A stretch of 64,000 bases of DNA, from NCBI GenBank assembly GCA_013265495.1, contig MU061544.1, positions 1 to 64,000 of the forward strand. Reading direction: 5' to 3'. The notes below the pieces were generated by a model. The model was not told the DNA's origin and ran no database searches. It saw only the letters and a list, made by a program, of their open reading frames with translations. Positions 37,901 through 51,572 of this stretch are shown piece by piece; the stretch's first letter is position 1, and each line of letters starts with the position of its first letter. A program made the translations under genes and the position numbers. This stretch comes from Vicugna vicugna. Lineage: Eukaryota.

Positions 37901-38611
37901 TCTGCCTGGACACCAGTTAGTTTGATTATAGTCTATAAAGAACAGCAAAGAAGGAGACAAATACACTGGACTGGTTAATATCACAAACTTCTCTGGGCAA
38001 AAGGTAGGTGGTTACAACCATCAGATCGTTATTTTCCTTGTCTTTTCAGACAGAATGCTTTATAAACCCAACCACACCTCCTACAACTGGGAATGTTGTG
38101 GTGGAAGAGAAAAGGTCAGGTTCAGCTTAAAAAATCATTTTGAAAGCTTCTTCTCTGCGATTTACTTGATCTGAGAACTAGTTTGTTCTATGTACAGTAG
38201 AGGCTACCTGTCAATAAGGTATCCTAATATCCTGTTTCCCAAATGGTCTCCATTTTTAACAGACCCGACTTCTGGAGTCTAGGATTTATGACTAGGGGTG
38301 GAGCACAATGGAGGTGCAACAGGACGGGTCACAGATTCTAATCACAAAGTTCCTCCATGGCCATTTTTCTACATGATGCTTACTGGAGCTAATAGGTACT
38401 GAGAGGAAGCTGCTTTTAACACATTGTTATTATAATTCTGGGTTAAGCGGGCTTGTCTCTGTGCCTGACAGTTCTTCTCAGAAGTGGTGGGAATGGGAGA
38501 CTTTATCAATCTGCAAAATATTCTCTGAAAATGGTGCCCTGGCTTTATTAAAGTGTCACACGAGGATGTACATTTGTTTCTGTGCACATAATTTCCTCCT
38601 CTGCCTGATTT

Positions 38612-39445
38612 CTTTTATTATAGTAAAATATCCATAACATAAAACTTACCCTCATTTTTAAGTGTATAATTAAGCAGCGTTAAGTTCATTCACAATGTTG
38701 TGCAGCTATCACCGATATCCATTCCCAGAACTCTTTTATCATCCCACATGGAAACGTCATGCCCAGTGAAGAGTAATTCCCATTCCCTCTTCCCTGCCAG
38801 CCCCCAGCAACCACTTTTGGTCTCTGTGAATCTGCCTATCCTAGATACCTCATTTAAGTGGGATTACACAATAATTGTCTTTTTGTGTCTAGCTTATTTC
38901 AGTTAGCATGCTTTTAACTTTCATCTATGTTGTAGCATGTATCAGAATTATATTTTTTTAGGCTGAATAATATTACATTGCATATATACACACACACACA
39001 CACCCACACACATACATATATATTATGCACACACATACTACATTTTCTTTATCCATTCAACTGTTGATGAACATTTGGGCTGTATCCACATTCTGGCTAT
39101 CGCATATAATGTTGCTGTGAACACTGATGTACAAATATCTGTTGGAGTTCGTGCTTTCAATTCTTTTGGGTATATCTCAGAAGTGCAGTTGCTGAATCAT
39201 ATGGTAATTCTATGCTTAACTTTTTTACAAAAGTTTCTTATTGAAGTGTAGTTGATTTACAATGTTAGTTTCAGGTGTTACGTTTAATTTTTTGAGCAAC
39301 TACCATACTGTGTTCCCTAGTGGCTACATCATTTTATATTTCCATCAGCAATGACCAAGGTTTCCAATTTTTCCACATTCTCAACAACACTTGTTAATTT
39401 TTCTTTTTTCTTTTTTTTGATAAACAGCCATCTTAATGTATATGA
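38612..39445 (-). mobile_element. L1MB-like 3' end
   Basis: ataacataaaacttacc, cattcacaatgttgtgcagctatcacc, gttgctgtgaacactgatgtacaaatatctgtt, ttcccatcagcaatg-like segment. Confidence 0.9.
39227..39278 (-). mobile_element. Very short lineage-specific L1 3' tail nested in L1MB
   Basis: tattgaagtgtagttgatttacaatgttagtttcaggtgt matches the reverse complement of 63833-63877; degenerate TSD tatgcttaactttttt / tacgtttaatttttt. Confidence 0.78.
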
Positions 39446-39916
39446 TGTGCCCAGTTTGTGACTTTTCTTGCAGTTTATAGGGTTTATAGAGTTCCAATGC
39501 TGAAGTATGTGTTCCTTTCTTCTTTTTTCTTCCTCATAAATTGCCTCATGAAACATCTACTATTTCTTGAATACCCACTTAAATAATATTTGATCATTGA
39601 ACGTTACCTCATTTTAGGTCACTTTCCCTTCCTATTACCTTGAGGATCACGATGTAACTCAAGATAATTATCAAACATTCATTTGAATAGGAAAATATGT
39701 TCTATTCCAACAGTCAGGTAAGAGAAAAATTAAATACTATGAGGGAAATCATGGAGACAGAGCACTAAGAAGCCTAGGAAAAATATCCAACTAACACTAC
39801 ACCTTTATACCTAATATTTTAATAAGTCAGAACTACTAAAAGAATAAATGTGATGCTAACTTTATGCTTGGTACTATAATAATAAAAATAGCTTAGCTTT
39901 TTTTCCTTAGCCATAA

Positions 39917-40497
39917 TGAAGGAGGATTAATAAAACGGCTGCACTTAGGCTAACAGATTGCTTATTCTTATGCTTGCCCTTGGAACGGTCAACAAACCTG
40001 ACCAACCAGTTGCTACTCACAGCTCCAGGCCCACTGTTAAAACTAAAGCTATTGATCTTACTGTTTCTACTTTATTCCAGTAATCGAAAGCAATAATCAT
40101 GCTCGGTCTCTGAGTTGTTCTCTAAGGAGAAGGTCACAGGACTGTAACCTTACAAAATAGCCTGAATTACCAAGAAGACCACACCTTGGGTGCTTATCAG
40201 ATAAAGAGATGGCAAGAGGGACAACCACTAGCCTCTACAGAATTGGTCACCTGGAGGCATCGTGACGCCATTCTAAGTCTTCTGATGAGAAAATGATTCT
40301 GCTTTATTGTTTGAGCTATGGCTATATAACCACCCTGCCCCATCCCCAAGGTGGGCTCACAGTTTTGAAGGCACTAGCCTGCTGTGAGTCCCCTTTGCCC
40401 AGCAAAGCAATAAAGTTGCGTCTTTTCTTCTAAGCTCCAAGACCCAGTCTCTGAATTCTTTGGCTCATCAGGGACAGGGGCCGATCTTTCAGCAACA
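39917..40497 (+). mobile_element. ERV1-class solo LTR
   Basis: tgaagg...cagcaaca, 4-bp TSD ataa (39913-39916, 40498-40501), TATA-like ctatataa near 40322 and AATAAA near 40409. Confidence 0.9.
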
Positions 40498-41488
40498 ATA
40501 AGATTAACACAAAAGTCTTCATTTTACTTACATTTCAATACCTATTCATTGTGTTGAGGACTCAGCCGAAGCCAAAACAGATGTTTTAGAATCAGGCTAA
40601 ACAGGAAGCTCAAAGATTAGGAGGTCTACATTACCCCCATGGTGGCAGGAAATAAAAGGGGGTGACATCAATGGAAACTGGGAGATTAAGAAGTTCTGAT
40701 TTCTGAAAAGATTACCTCAAAGGCAGTTATTTCTACTTTATGATTCCGAGTAGCCCTCTCGAGGATAGATAAAGGGAAAAGGGAACCGGGTGGGATGTGG
40801 GTCATTTATTTACACACAAACATCAGAAAACAGAATATAACTATTCTTCCCAACTCTCTCCCAAACCTGGCTTCTTCCTAAGAGCCACAATCTTAGCAAC
40901 TGTGATTAAAAGCCTTCGTCTGATGAATGAAAATAACAGAGATGTATTTGAAAGCACAGTGTAAATGTTATATTTCTGCGCAAATATAAGGTATTATTGG
41001 TATATTTTAAAAGACAATACGTGAGGTACTTTTAGAAAAACAGAAAGCTTTTTAAGTGTTAAAGAAATTGTAAGAGGAAGGATGATCATATTTGTGAGGA
41101 CACTGAGCAATCTGCTTCAGGATTAGTCCTCAGCTTTCAAAACAAAGGAGTATATATTGAAACAATAGGTATATAGCATTAGTTGATTTAATGAGATTTT
41201 CTATCTTTAGAAATTAATTTATATGAATATATATTAACCATGATCATACATTTTAATAAATTAATTTCTGATGTTAAAATGTTTTGCCTTAATATTTAAA
41301 TTACTTCTTTATTTATGTATATAGTAATATCTATTCTGCTGAAAGGGAAACAAAACCCACTAGATTGATTTGGCATCCTCTTGCAAGTGTACCTTACTTT
41401 AATTTTCCAAGTAATTTAAATTAAAGTCAGTTTGGACATAGTAGGTTGCCATAATATGCTGATTGCAATTGGATAACTGGTGATTGTT

Positions 41489-42160
41489 TCTCAAACTGTC
41501 TTTCCTGGTGGATCAGAAAAGGAAGCAATTGATTTTCTGTTGCCTTTGCTACTTGGTAACAATTGGAAAATAAGCGGGAAGCTAATGAAGTTACAGACGC
41601 TTTAAACTTGTCATTCTGAGCATTTGCTGAAGAGAGCGAACAGCTCAGAGGAGCAAATCTTGCATTTATAATGGCTATTCTCTTGAAAAGTATATACATA
41701 AACACTTGATTAGTTAAGAGCTACATGCTGACCTTTCTTTGTACTACGTAAACTATAGAAACATTAATAATACAACTTCCGGAAAGAATCTGTTTTGTAT
41801 ATTTCATCTTCTCATTATGTCATCTCAAACTGTCTTTCCTGGTGGGATCAGAAAAGGAAGCAATTGATTTTCTGTTGCCTTTGCTACTTGGTAACAATTG
41901 GAAAATAAGCGGGAAGCTAATGAAGTTACAGACGCTTTAAACTTGTCATTCTGAGCATTTGCTGAAGAGAGCGAACAGCTCAGAGGAGCAAATCTTGCAT
42001 TTATAATGGCTATTCTCTTGAAAAGTATATACATAAACACTTGATTAGTTAAGAGCTACATGCTGACCTTTCTTTGTACTACGTAAACTATAGAAACATT
42101 AATAATACAACTTCCGGAAAGAATCTGTTTTGTATATTTCATCTTCTCATTATGTCTCAA
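41489..42160. repeat. Tandem duplication, two copies of about 335 bp
   Basis: 41489-41820 and 41823-42155 read identical apart from one extra G early in copy 2; ORF track gives the same peptide at an offset of 335. Confidence 0.97.
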
Positions 42161-42199
42161 GGAACTATGATAACTGAGTCTGATAAAATATCTAGAAAA

Positions 42200-42775
42200 A
42201 TTAATGCACAATGTTAGCAGGAAAATGGAAAACAGAACAGTGGAACAGAATTAAGAGGTAAGACAGACACAAATTTATGTTAAAGTTACATGTACAATAA
42301 AGATGCTATTTGAAACCAGGAGGGAAAGAAACAGAAGTTTGCTTGAGACATGAGTCCATTTGATATCCATTTGCAGAAAACAAAAGTAAATTAAATAAAG
42401 GTTGATCTGTAACTTACACTACTTATAAAAATAAAATTTAAGATGCATTAAAGACTTAATCCAAAGAAAAAATAAAACAAACTATGTAAGTACAATGTTT
42501 AGGATCTTGAGCTAGGAATGGCTTCCTTGACAGGAAAGAACAACAATTTTTAAAAGGAAATCATGTAAATTTGACTGTACTAAATTTGTTCATCTGGCAA
42601 ATGACAGCACAAACTTCAGTATCAAGTATAAAATTATAGGATAATGTTTGCAAAGTATACCTCAGACATAGGATTAATATCAATAATGTGCCGATTTATT
42701 ACTATAAATCATAAAAAATAAAACAATCAAATTGAAAGGTGGACAAAATTCACGAGAAGCAATCCACAGAACTAT
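42200..42775 (+). mobile_element. Ancient LINE-1 (L1ME-like) ORF2 3' region
   Basis: cagtggaacagaat, atatccatttgcagaaaa, aaaataaatttaagatgcattaaagacttaa, ggattaatatc. Confidence 0.7.
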
Positions 42776-42799
42776 GGCTGTAGCTGATGCTAGATGTGA

Positions 42800-43930
42800 G
42801 GTAAATTTTATGCAGATGGAAATGAGACAGTAGATAGAAAGCATATTGATTCAATAAAGAAAGAGGAGTCTTGCCGGGACAAAGCGCTTGACTCGGTAGA
42901 GAAGGGATATGGTTCACCAGTGGAGACTTTGGCCTTGTCTAGGTATATCGATAGTCCAGAGATTCTAGAGCACGTAGACATGGGTAAAGGTAAGTGGGTA
43001 GATATGGTGGTAGAAACTTGTATTTTCTTCTGATTGCTTTATCATTTTTTTTTCAGTGAAATGGAATATAGTATCATTAGGTGAAGGTGATCGTGGAAAA
43101 GGAGGTCTTGGAAATGTGCAGAGAAAGAATTATAAACTAGTCCCCGAGGAGAGACTGGACAGGGAAATATAGCATGACTGCTGAACAGCATTAGGATCAC
43201 ATGAGGTGAGTGACAATAAATGTAAGTGGGACTAAATACCATGTGTCTGGTTTGCTCCAGCTATATTTAACTATATGTGTGCCATTAAGGACTAAGCAGA
43301 AAACTGGATTTAATCAGCTGTAGTCTGTCCAAGAAGGTATGACTTAGTAAGAGAAGGGCAAGAGATTTGAGGATCTACCAAGAAAGGAGTAATAATGACT
43401 GAGCAGGAAATTTAAGTTAACAAATGAAATGAGGACAAGAGGGACAGGAGAGATAAAAAAAAATTATAAAATTTATCAATTGAAGGTACACTGGTGGTTG
43501 GCTTGAAGAAGTAAGTTGAAAGATGGCAGATGGTAATTGAAGGGTGGGAGCTTTGAACTGGGATTCTGAAGAGGTTATATTTACTGGCAGTAACAAATTC
43601 TATGGCCATTAGTTTATGGTTAAGATATGATGGAAGACAATCACTGGATAAAAGGAAAGTCAAGGATTGATAGTTAAATATTTGAATGGTCATCAAAACA
43701 GATACTGGAACCAGCTATCAGGTAAAATTGTAACAGGAGTCATATAACAGAAAATGTCAATGAACCAGGTGCTAACAGATTAGTAAAATAACAGGCAAGA
43801 GCTTAAGGAGCCGTGGATGGTTTCAACAAAGAGTGATGGGTATTATACCCTAATGACATGAGATGCAAAATAGCAGCATACTTTAAGGAAGAGAGGAGAA
43901 TATTAGAATGGACTTTAAGGTGCTGAATGT
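42800..43930 (-). mobile_element. L2 ORF2 remnant
   Basis: ttcttctgattgcttt...ttcagtgaaat...tcattaggtgaag and purine-rich antisense L2 texture; boundaries approximate. Confidence 0.65.
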
Positions 43931-46138
43931 CTATTATACACATATGAACGGAGACAAATGCTTTTGAATCTGGAGACAAGTACAGAGCTCCACTGGAGAA
44001 AAAGTGTAGTCATGTAAAATTTTTTTGGTGCACTACAACCTTATAAATAGCTTTCCTAAATGTTATGAAATGTAAAGTCCTAATCTAGACCTATGTTTTC
44101 AAGCAATGTTTGAAAGAGTAAAATTCTGAATGAAAAGCTATGCAAAGAGTAATTTAAACCCTGTCATAGTGGTATCTGAATTAGAGATTAGGGAGCATAG
44201 ATACAGAAGTTACAAATCCAAACCACAGAAGACGAGGGAGGGTAGGGTCCTGACTCAAGTCTGCTTACCTATTTCAACCCATGGACTAGGGATAATTTAT
44301 TCCTTGGGATCATTTCTGAGTCTGGAAGACATTCTAATGTAAGGAGACTAATTCCACTTGAAACTTATGAAAATTAATCTTTTTTCTTAACTAGTTACAA
44401 ACACCAAATATATTTCTTGCAGTGTATGTGTAAGGATTGTTACTCAGATCTCATTCCTAGATTCTGCCCAGAGTTTCTATTTTACCTTTGCCACAAAATA
44501 ATGTACCTGAGTTCCAGCTCATTGGTCTTTATTCCCTTAGCCTAATGCTCTAGGTTCTGCTACCCCATCCCTTAGATGCTGGATTTAATGACCCTAGACT
44601 ATGTCCTCATGACTCCAATAACATTTTTTATTTGTCCTCTGATCCCCCTAATGCATACATAGTGCTTCTGAGAAACACTTTATCTGTCTTCTCTTTTCAC
44701 ATATTTAACCCAACTCATAGCCTCTAGCTCTCCTGGTGAGCAGTGACCTCTGTTGTTTTACTAGTCAAGTCTCCAAATAATATGAAGCAATAAAGTTTTC
44801 TATGGTTTTCAAAGATATATTGATACCTCCCACTTGGGCACACAGAGAATTGAGTTTTCTAAAATGAGGTTATTTAACCTAATAAATGTAGATTGTTTAT
44901 GGATGTGCTGACCACCGTGAAGAACAAAGATGAGTTTCATGTGGATAACTGGTGGAGTGGAAGCAGCTACAGGAACAATGTACCTGATGATATTGATTAT
45001 TTGGATAACTGAACAAACTCTTATTCAATCCTCCCTATATGCTTCGAGGAATATAATATATGTGTTTGAGAGCAGAAGTACATGCCAGAGGTTCATTTCT
45101 AAAGGTACTATATACTGTGTTTCAAGTTTTGCCTAGTAGAGTCTCATATTCTTTTGACTGGAAATCATATTGAGCTCCCTTGAAGTGGGTAAACAGTACA
45201 AAGGGAAAATGTCATACTACTTAAGGAAGATCAGAACTCTTGGAGGAGAAATCACTCTCCCTAAATTGAATGTGGCCCCCCAAAAAAACTTCTTTAATTT
45301 TATTTCTGCCATTAATAACGACCTGAATTGAATTGAAACTAATTCTACCCTGTGACTTTGATTTCTTCTCCCTTTCATTCACCTTTTCCCGCCTTTTTCA
45401 AATGGCCCCTACCTAGATGAGGATTTTTGCATAACTAATTAAAAACAGTAATTCTGGAAAACAAATTCAATTACTCTCTACACTGAAAAATGGGTATACA
45501 CATAACTCCCACATGTATATCTACCTGTAAATTCTCTTCAACAGCCTAACTGCTCACACTCAGAGAGCCAACACTGATCAGTTCAGCATATCCTGTTACT
45601 GACCAGTCTAGATCTACTGCTGACTCTAATGATATTCCCATCTGCCATGCTTGTTGTACTTAAATAGCTGCTCATATTCAGAACAGCACTCTGACTTCTT
45701 TAGTGTTCATCACTCTATTGGTTTAATTCTTTCCCTGAGCATTTATAGGTTCTAATTACTATGGGATCCAACCCAAGATTGTTGCCAACTCCACTGTACT
45801 TCAATATCTATCCATTCTTGTTTGAAATAAGATGCTATCACATGTTCCATCCCTAATAGGGTGGCTATCCCACTTGAAAGAGCAGGCTGCTTCACAGAGT
45901 AGAGGGGAAAGAACATACTTAGTGGTAGAAATGTCAGATGAACACTCTGTCTTCTTTCTGGCCTTGAAGCAGATAATTGCAGATGAGTTAAAAAATGAAA
46001 TGTTCCAGACAACGTCAGTCAGGATTTATCTGCAGAGAACAGAAGCCACTGAAGATAAAGTGAGAATGGAACTTTTTTTTTATAGCAAATTCAATGGCTC
46101 ATAGTCTCTTTGATTTTACAAACAGAATGCAATCTGAG

Positions 46139-46558
46139 TGCGGTAGATTGGATTATTGTTGCCAGCTCTGCTCCATGTTATAGGGTTGTACACTCAAGCT
46201 CTCTGCCATGTGACAGTGAAGTGTCTACCAGTAGAACAGGTAGAATAGATGTCTCCATCCATGTCACCATCTCATCCACTTTGACCAGGTGAATGTGCAA
46301 CTACGCCAGTTCTGAGAAGATACTTTAAGAATAATCTTTCGTTTCCACTCACTCTCTCATGTACCTGCCATCCACCATGAGAAGAGTGTGGTCTAGCAAG
46401 CTGCTGCTACTTCAGCCTGGACCTCAGAATGATAAACCTATGAAGTATAACTGAGCCTGACCTGTAGCCTGAAATAGAGCTGCCACAGCCAACTCACAAA
46501 CGCATGAGAAAGAAAGGTTGTAGACAACTGAAATTTAGAGCAAAAGTTGACTCATCAA
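46139..46558 (+). mobile_element. MaLR LTR (MLT1I/J-like)
   Basis: tgcggtagattggattattgtt start; ccaccatgagaagag, cttcagcctggacctcagaatga, end aaaagttgactcatca. Confidence 0.75.
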
Positions 46559-47059
46559 TTGTAGTTCTCAGAATGGATCTGAAAGTCACACTACAGAACC
46601 AAGTCATCAAGGGAAAGCGCCTGGAATCTACCACATAACATTTTCACTATACCCTGTTGACCAGAATTTATTTACATGTCAACGATCAGCTGCAAGGGAT
46701 CGTTCTGGGAGGTCATTTGCCCTGTTCATTTCATAATGCTGTAAAAGAAGAGAATGATCCTAAACATCAACTAGTTACAATTCAGTGAGAGATTACATTT
46801 AAAATTAGTTAAGATAGATGTATTTTTTAAAAGGCAAAGCACATGAATGACAAACTGAAAAGAACTATGGTCAACAGGTTTTAACAGTGATGAAAGAAAT
46901 ACAGTACAATGTAAATAGGGTATCATTGGTTTGAAATATATATCTAGATCTAGTTCTAAACATATCACCCCAGATGGGGATAATAAAATTATGAATGATT
47001 GTCTGTATAAATACAGATCACATTAAAAAAGATGAAAAGGACATTTGCAAAAAAAATCT

Positions 47060-47840
47060 TTAAAATGAAACACTGCCAGTGGAATGGTATTTAATTGAAA
47101 AAAAAAATACCTTATTTAGTGCAGTTTGGCAATATATGTCACAACTATTCAGAGCCTTAACCTAGTAGTTACATTTCTAGGAATTTGTCTTAGATGAATT
47201 ATGAGAATTATGAATATGAGTTCTTATAAAAGAAGCTTAATACAAGGCAAATTGTAACACTGAATATTTTGTAACACCACTAAATGTCCAACAAGACTGG
47301 GAGAACAAGTTATCCTTTATTCATTCCATTGAATATTATCAGGAGTTGGCAAAATAAAGTTATAAAGAAATGCATGTTTTGTAAACCATAATACCAGTAT
47401 TTGAATCACTACTCTAGTACTTATTAGCAGTATGATCAGCAGCAAGTTAGTTATTCTTTTAAAGACTTAGTTTTCTTATATCTAAAATAAAGATATTACC
47501 CACCTCAAATTCGTACTGTGCAGATTATTGAGATGTGCCTGAAAATTAGTTAGACTAGAACCTGGCCTTGAGTAGACTGTGGCTATTATTATCACTATGT
47601 AACTATTAACATCAAAATATAGGAAATATTTTGTGACATGGAAAGTGTGCAAAGCCCATGTTATGAATCAGTACATGTAGTACGATTCCAGTTTGGAGGG
47701 AAATACACAGAAAAAAATGCAAAGAAAAAAAGAGAAGATGGAAATGAAATGGTTTGTATTTCTGTAACTTTATTCTTGCTCTATGTGTGTGATTTTGTTA
47801 GTTTTCCAAGATGACTATTTGTTTATTTCATAGTAGAAAA
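47060..47840 (+). mobile_element. L1ME-like 3' remnants, split by a MIR
   Basis: gcagtttggcaatatat, acatttctaggaattt, ctaaatgtccaaca. Confidence 0.5.
47385..47592 (+). mobile_element. MIR
   Basis: tttgaatc...acttattagcagtatgatc...gcaagtta...ttagttttcttatatctaaaat...gctattatt. Confidence 0.75.
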
Positions 47841-49544
47841 AGTATAATTTATTAGTGCCAGTAAACAGGTTATATAGGTAGTGACCTAGACAATAATTTT
47901 GCTCTTGTGTATATTTTTAATTACATTTTGTCATCAAACAGATCAAAATAATATGTAAGAATCTTTAAAACAATAGGGGAAACATCTTATTCATGAAGAA
48001 GAGATTCAAGGAGCAAGAACTTTTCTGTTTATAAAGATTCTACATTTACAACTCCATATACCCTGTTAAGATACTGACTAAAGAATGGACAAAGCAAAAA
48101 CTAATACTCCAAAGGGACTCGAGAATGACAAGGCAAAGTTTGCAGAAGGGAAATTAAAAGCAGAAAAGAGGAAAATATACCTCGGTACATCATGATGCCA
48201 AACTTATTTGGAGAGAGCTAGCTCAACGTGGTTAATCTAGTGAAACTAAGCAAGGTGAAAAATGCCACAATCACGTGGAGGATGGCCTGAGATGTCAGGC
48301 AGACTCTGCTCATTATTCATGGCAACAAGTCAGCTCACTCACATTGCCGCTCAGCTCATGAAGGCAGTAAAAACCTCCCTGCCTTGTCACACACACACAC
48401 TTACCACACACACACATACTCAAATTCTTACTCTTTTATTCATGGTTCTAAACTAGGTTTTTATAAACCTATCAAATATAAACCTTACACCTTTTCCATG
48501 TTTACCCCTTTTCCATGTTTACCCCTCTCACGAGTAGAATGGGCGTTCTCTGCTCAATATGGAAGGCACTTAACACATTCTCAGTGCTTATGCTGTTTCC
48601 TGGAACTTCTGGTTCCAGGAAAACTAGGTAAAGATCAGAACAATTAAGCACTTTATTCTTTGAAGGAACACCAAGTCCATGGAATGGGAGACAGACTCAA
48701 TGGGTTATTATAAAATTCTATGTTTCTTCCTCTGAAAATAGCCAATATGAATTTGCTTTCCAATATTTAACGCTATATTCACTTTTGCTTTTCTCTAATA
48801 CCATTTTTTTCTCTAATACCATTTTTAATTCTTCTTTTCTCTTTTTCCCCTGGATTCCACTTAACTGGTAGAATTAATCCCTTTTTATTTTCTGCCTTTC
48901 AGGTCATATTTGGAGCAAGTCGAACACATATAATCACTAGGCTAGCATTGTGAATGTGGTGAAATGTTTTTCTTCCAGAAGGCAGATTTTAATTATGATT
49001 CTATTTAAAGGGTATCAGTAACATGGTAAAAATGTACATTCACTATTCTTCTCTAAAATAATAGGGACTTTATGATTTTTTTTGCTTAAATCTGTTTTAT
49101 TATTTCCTTTGAAAGATGTGTTAAAAATATTCAAATGCTACTGATAACCCCTGCCCAAAATAATTATATCACTTTGCTGAAAATTACTATTAATATTTAA
49201 TCCACAGTAGATAAGTTACTATGATTATGACTAAATCTCATTTTTTAAAATTCGTAACTTCCACTCACCAGGCTCACATGAACAACAGTGCTATATGCAC
49301 CCTCCAAGATGGGCTTATCAAGCATTGAATCAAAGCCTTCCTTCTTCCTTCCAAATTAACTGAATTCAATACTACCAGAGACTGGAAATAATAGATTTCA
49401 ACTAAAGCTAAAAATGTCAGTTTCTCTGCTAATAATCATTTGCATGCTGTGTTATTGAAAGCAGTACCCACAGTATACTAAAAGCAATACCACCTTCACA
49501 TGTGGCCACTCTATCAGTACAGAGACTTCTGACCATGATTTAAT

Positions 49545-49720
49545 AGCAATTATGACAATAGTTAACTAATGTAGAACCAAGAACTCTTCTAAGCAACCGT
49601 CAACCTTGTTTAATTCCTCCCACTACCCTGTGAGTAGGCAATACTGTTATCTTCATTATACAGACAAGAAACAGACTCTAAATTGCCCAAGATCACCCAC
49701 GTGATGATGGAGGGGATATA
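49545..49720 (-). mobile_element. MIR
   Basis: tttaattcctcccactaccctgtgagtagg...cattatacagacaagaaacaga...ttgcccaagatcac. Confidence 0.75.
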
Positions 49721-49822
49721 TTAAATGCTTTCTCCTATATAATATCTATATACAAGCTTCTACATACTTTACATGCAACAGACAACCTTGAAGTGATAAG
49801 GAAAGAGAGAGAGGGCTAAATG

Positions 49823-49936
49823 TAGAGTGACCAACTGTTCTGCTTTGCCAAGGACTGAGGAGTTTCCTGAGATGTGCAACCTTCAGTGCTAAAACCAGGC
49901 AGGTCCTGGGCACACTGGGAAAAAGTGGTCATGCTA
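49823..49936 (+). mobile_element. MER81-like hAT-Blackjack MITE (114 bp)
   Basis: tagagtgacca...ttcagtgctaaaacc...tggtcatgcta; terminal inverted repeats. Confidence 0.85.
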
Positions 49937-49991
49937 AAATAAACTAATAAATGTGAAGTCAGAAAAACAATGCTTGACTCATTGGAAGTAC

Positions 49992-50300
49992 TGTATTAAG
50001 TGATTAATAATCAATCTGGAAAACAAATCTCAAAACTCTAAAGCAACATTTTTAGCTCACAGTTGTGTGGATCATTTAGGCTGGGCCCAGCTGGACAGTC
50101 CTGCTGGTCTCATCAGGGCTCACTCATGTGACTTGAAGTTACCTGGTCTTAATTCTATGTCTGGTGGTGGGTTCTGGCAATCCATTTGTGCTGGCTGTTG
50201 GCTGGGATGATAGGAGTGACGGGGAATCTATGTTCAGCAAGCTAGCTTGAGCCAGTTCAGGTCCACAGTCACAGGATGCCCCAAAGCAGTAACAGAATAC
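49992..50300 (-). mobile_element. MaLR LTR (MLT1G/H-like) fragment
   Basis: ttagctcacagttgtgtggatc...ggctgggcccagctggacag...gggctcactcatgtg...gctggctgttggctggg. Confidence 0.75.
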
Positions 50301-50651
50301 TCAACAGTGTGTCACAGTTCTCTCAGAAAGTCTTAGTTCATTCTCCCACTCCCTAAAGACCTTTTCACAACTTAATACCTCTCATGAAATATCACTCTTT
50401 GTTCTGTCTCTCAGATGACGATCTTGTAACTAATCTATCTGAGAAAAATGGAAGCAATCAGAATAAAACCTCTCCTTCTTCTTATATCAAACTTCTCACT
50501 GTAATATTGGTGGAATATTGGACTTAATATTGGTAGAATGGATGGACCGTCTATGCATCTAATACCAATCACTTCTCTTACTGTACTGAAAGTACTCAAC
50601 TCTTTCCTGTTAAAAACGTTTACTCCAGCCATGGATTGGAAAACTCAATAT

Positions 50652-51120
50652 TGCTACTGGTGGGGAGGAAGAAAATTTCCTCTACTTTTCTAGATTCTTC
50701 TGACTGGTCTAAGAATTAACTTGATATGAGACAGATTAATACGAGAAAACCAAACAAAAATTTAATAATGTGTAGACACGAGAGGGACCCAGGAGAACTG
50801 AGTAACTCCTCAAAATGGCCCAAACCCTCACCTCAAATACCAACTTCAGCCAAAGATGAAAGAGGATGTTGAGGGTAAAGATTTGAGGCTTCAGAAAGGA
50901 GAAAGGCAGATCACATGGACATGGCCAAACAAATGTTTGGTAAACAAATGTTTATTGGGCTACGCAGAGACAATGGGACACAGAGTAGACTCTGATCTCC
51001 ATGCCCCCCTACAGAGTTTCCTTCACCCACACCTAGCCCATATTCTCTGCAGATATCTCAGGTGATGGCTGTATTCTAGGAACAGGCCCTTTGTCTAAAG
51101 TCTTCCAGGCAGTTAAGGGA
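50652..51120 (-). mobile_element. ERV1-class LTR (MER34/LTR39-like), truncated
   Basis: Collinear with 30856-31355 (gacccaggagaactgagtaactc, gcagagacaatgggac, aggcagttaaggga). Confidence 0.85.
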
Positions 51121-51249
51121 GACTAGAAGTGCACTGTGCTTTGCCAAACTAGCATCAGTAGAACAATTCAGGGTAATTCTCACTAAAGAAATGAATTTCT
51201 TGTCTCATAAAATGGTGCCGGCACAATGGGGCAGTGCCACATACTTAAT

Positions 51250-51440
51250 TAAGGTTCACAGAGACCCGCGTATAAATCTCAGCTGTTACTACTTTGCCAT
51301 ACACCTTTGGAAAAGAACCTTTAATCTTGTGGAAGCTCTATAGTCAAAAATGGGGATAATTACATTTAATTCATAAGGAGCTATGAGGCTCAAATTAAAA
51401 GATATGTGTCACAGAACATTGCACGTAGTGGACAAATGGA
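51250..51440 (+). mobile_element. MIR
   Basis: aaatctcagct...aaaatggggataatt...tcataagg...tgagg. Confidence 0.6.
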
Positions 51441-51572
51441 TTTATAGAGATCATTTTATTATCTGTAATCATTCCATTCACCAACTGGCATAACCAACAT
51501 ATGTGGTTTAAAAATCAGTTTACCTCCTTAGAGATTTTCTGTTCAGGCACCCTTTATTCCAGGGAGAGATGT

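Noticed and set aside
41427..42040. Duplicated small gene (identical 71/92 aa ORFs)
   Set aside because: By-product of the tandem duplication; no promoter, splice or homology support
30856..51120. Two same-orientation LTRs as the ends of one provirus
   Set aside because: About 19 kb apart, no primer-binding site or gag/pol/env between them, and the interval holds older MIR/L2/L1 repeats
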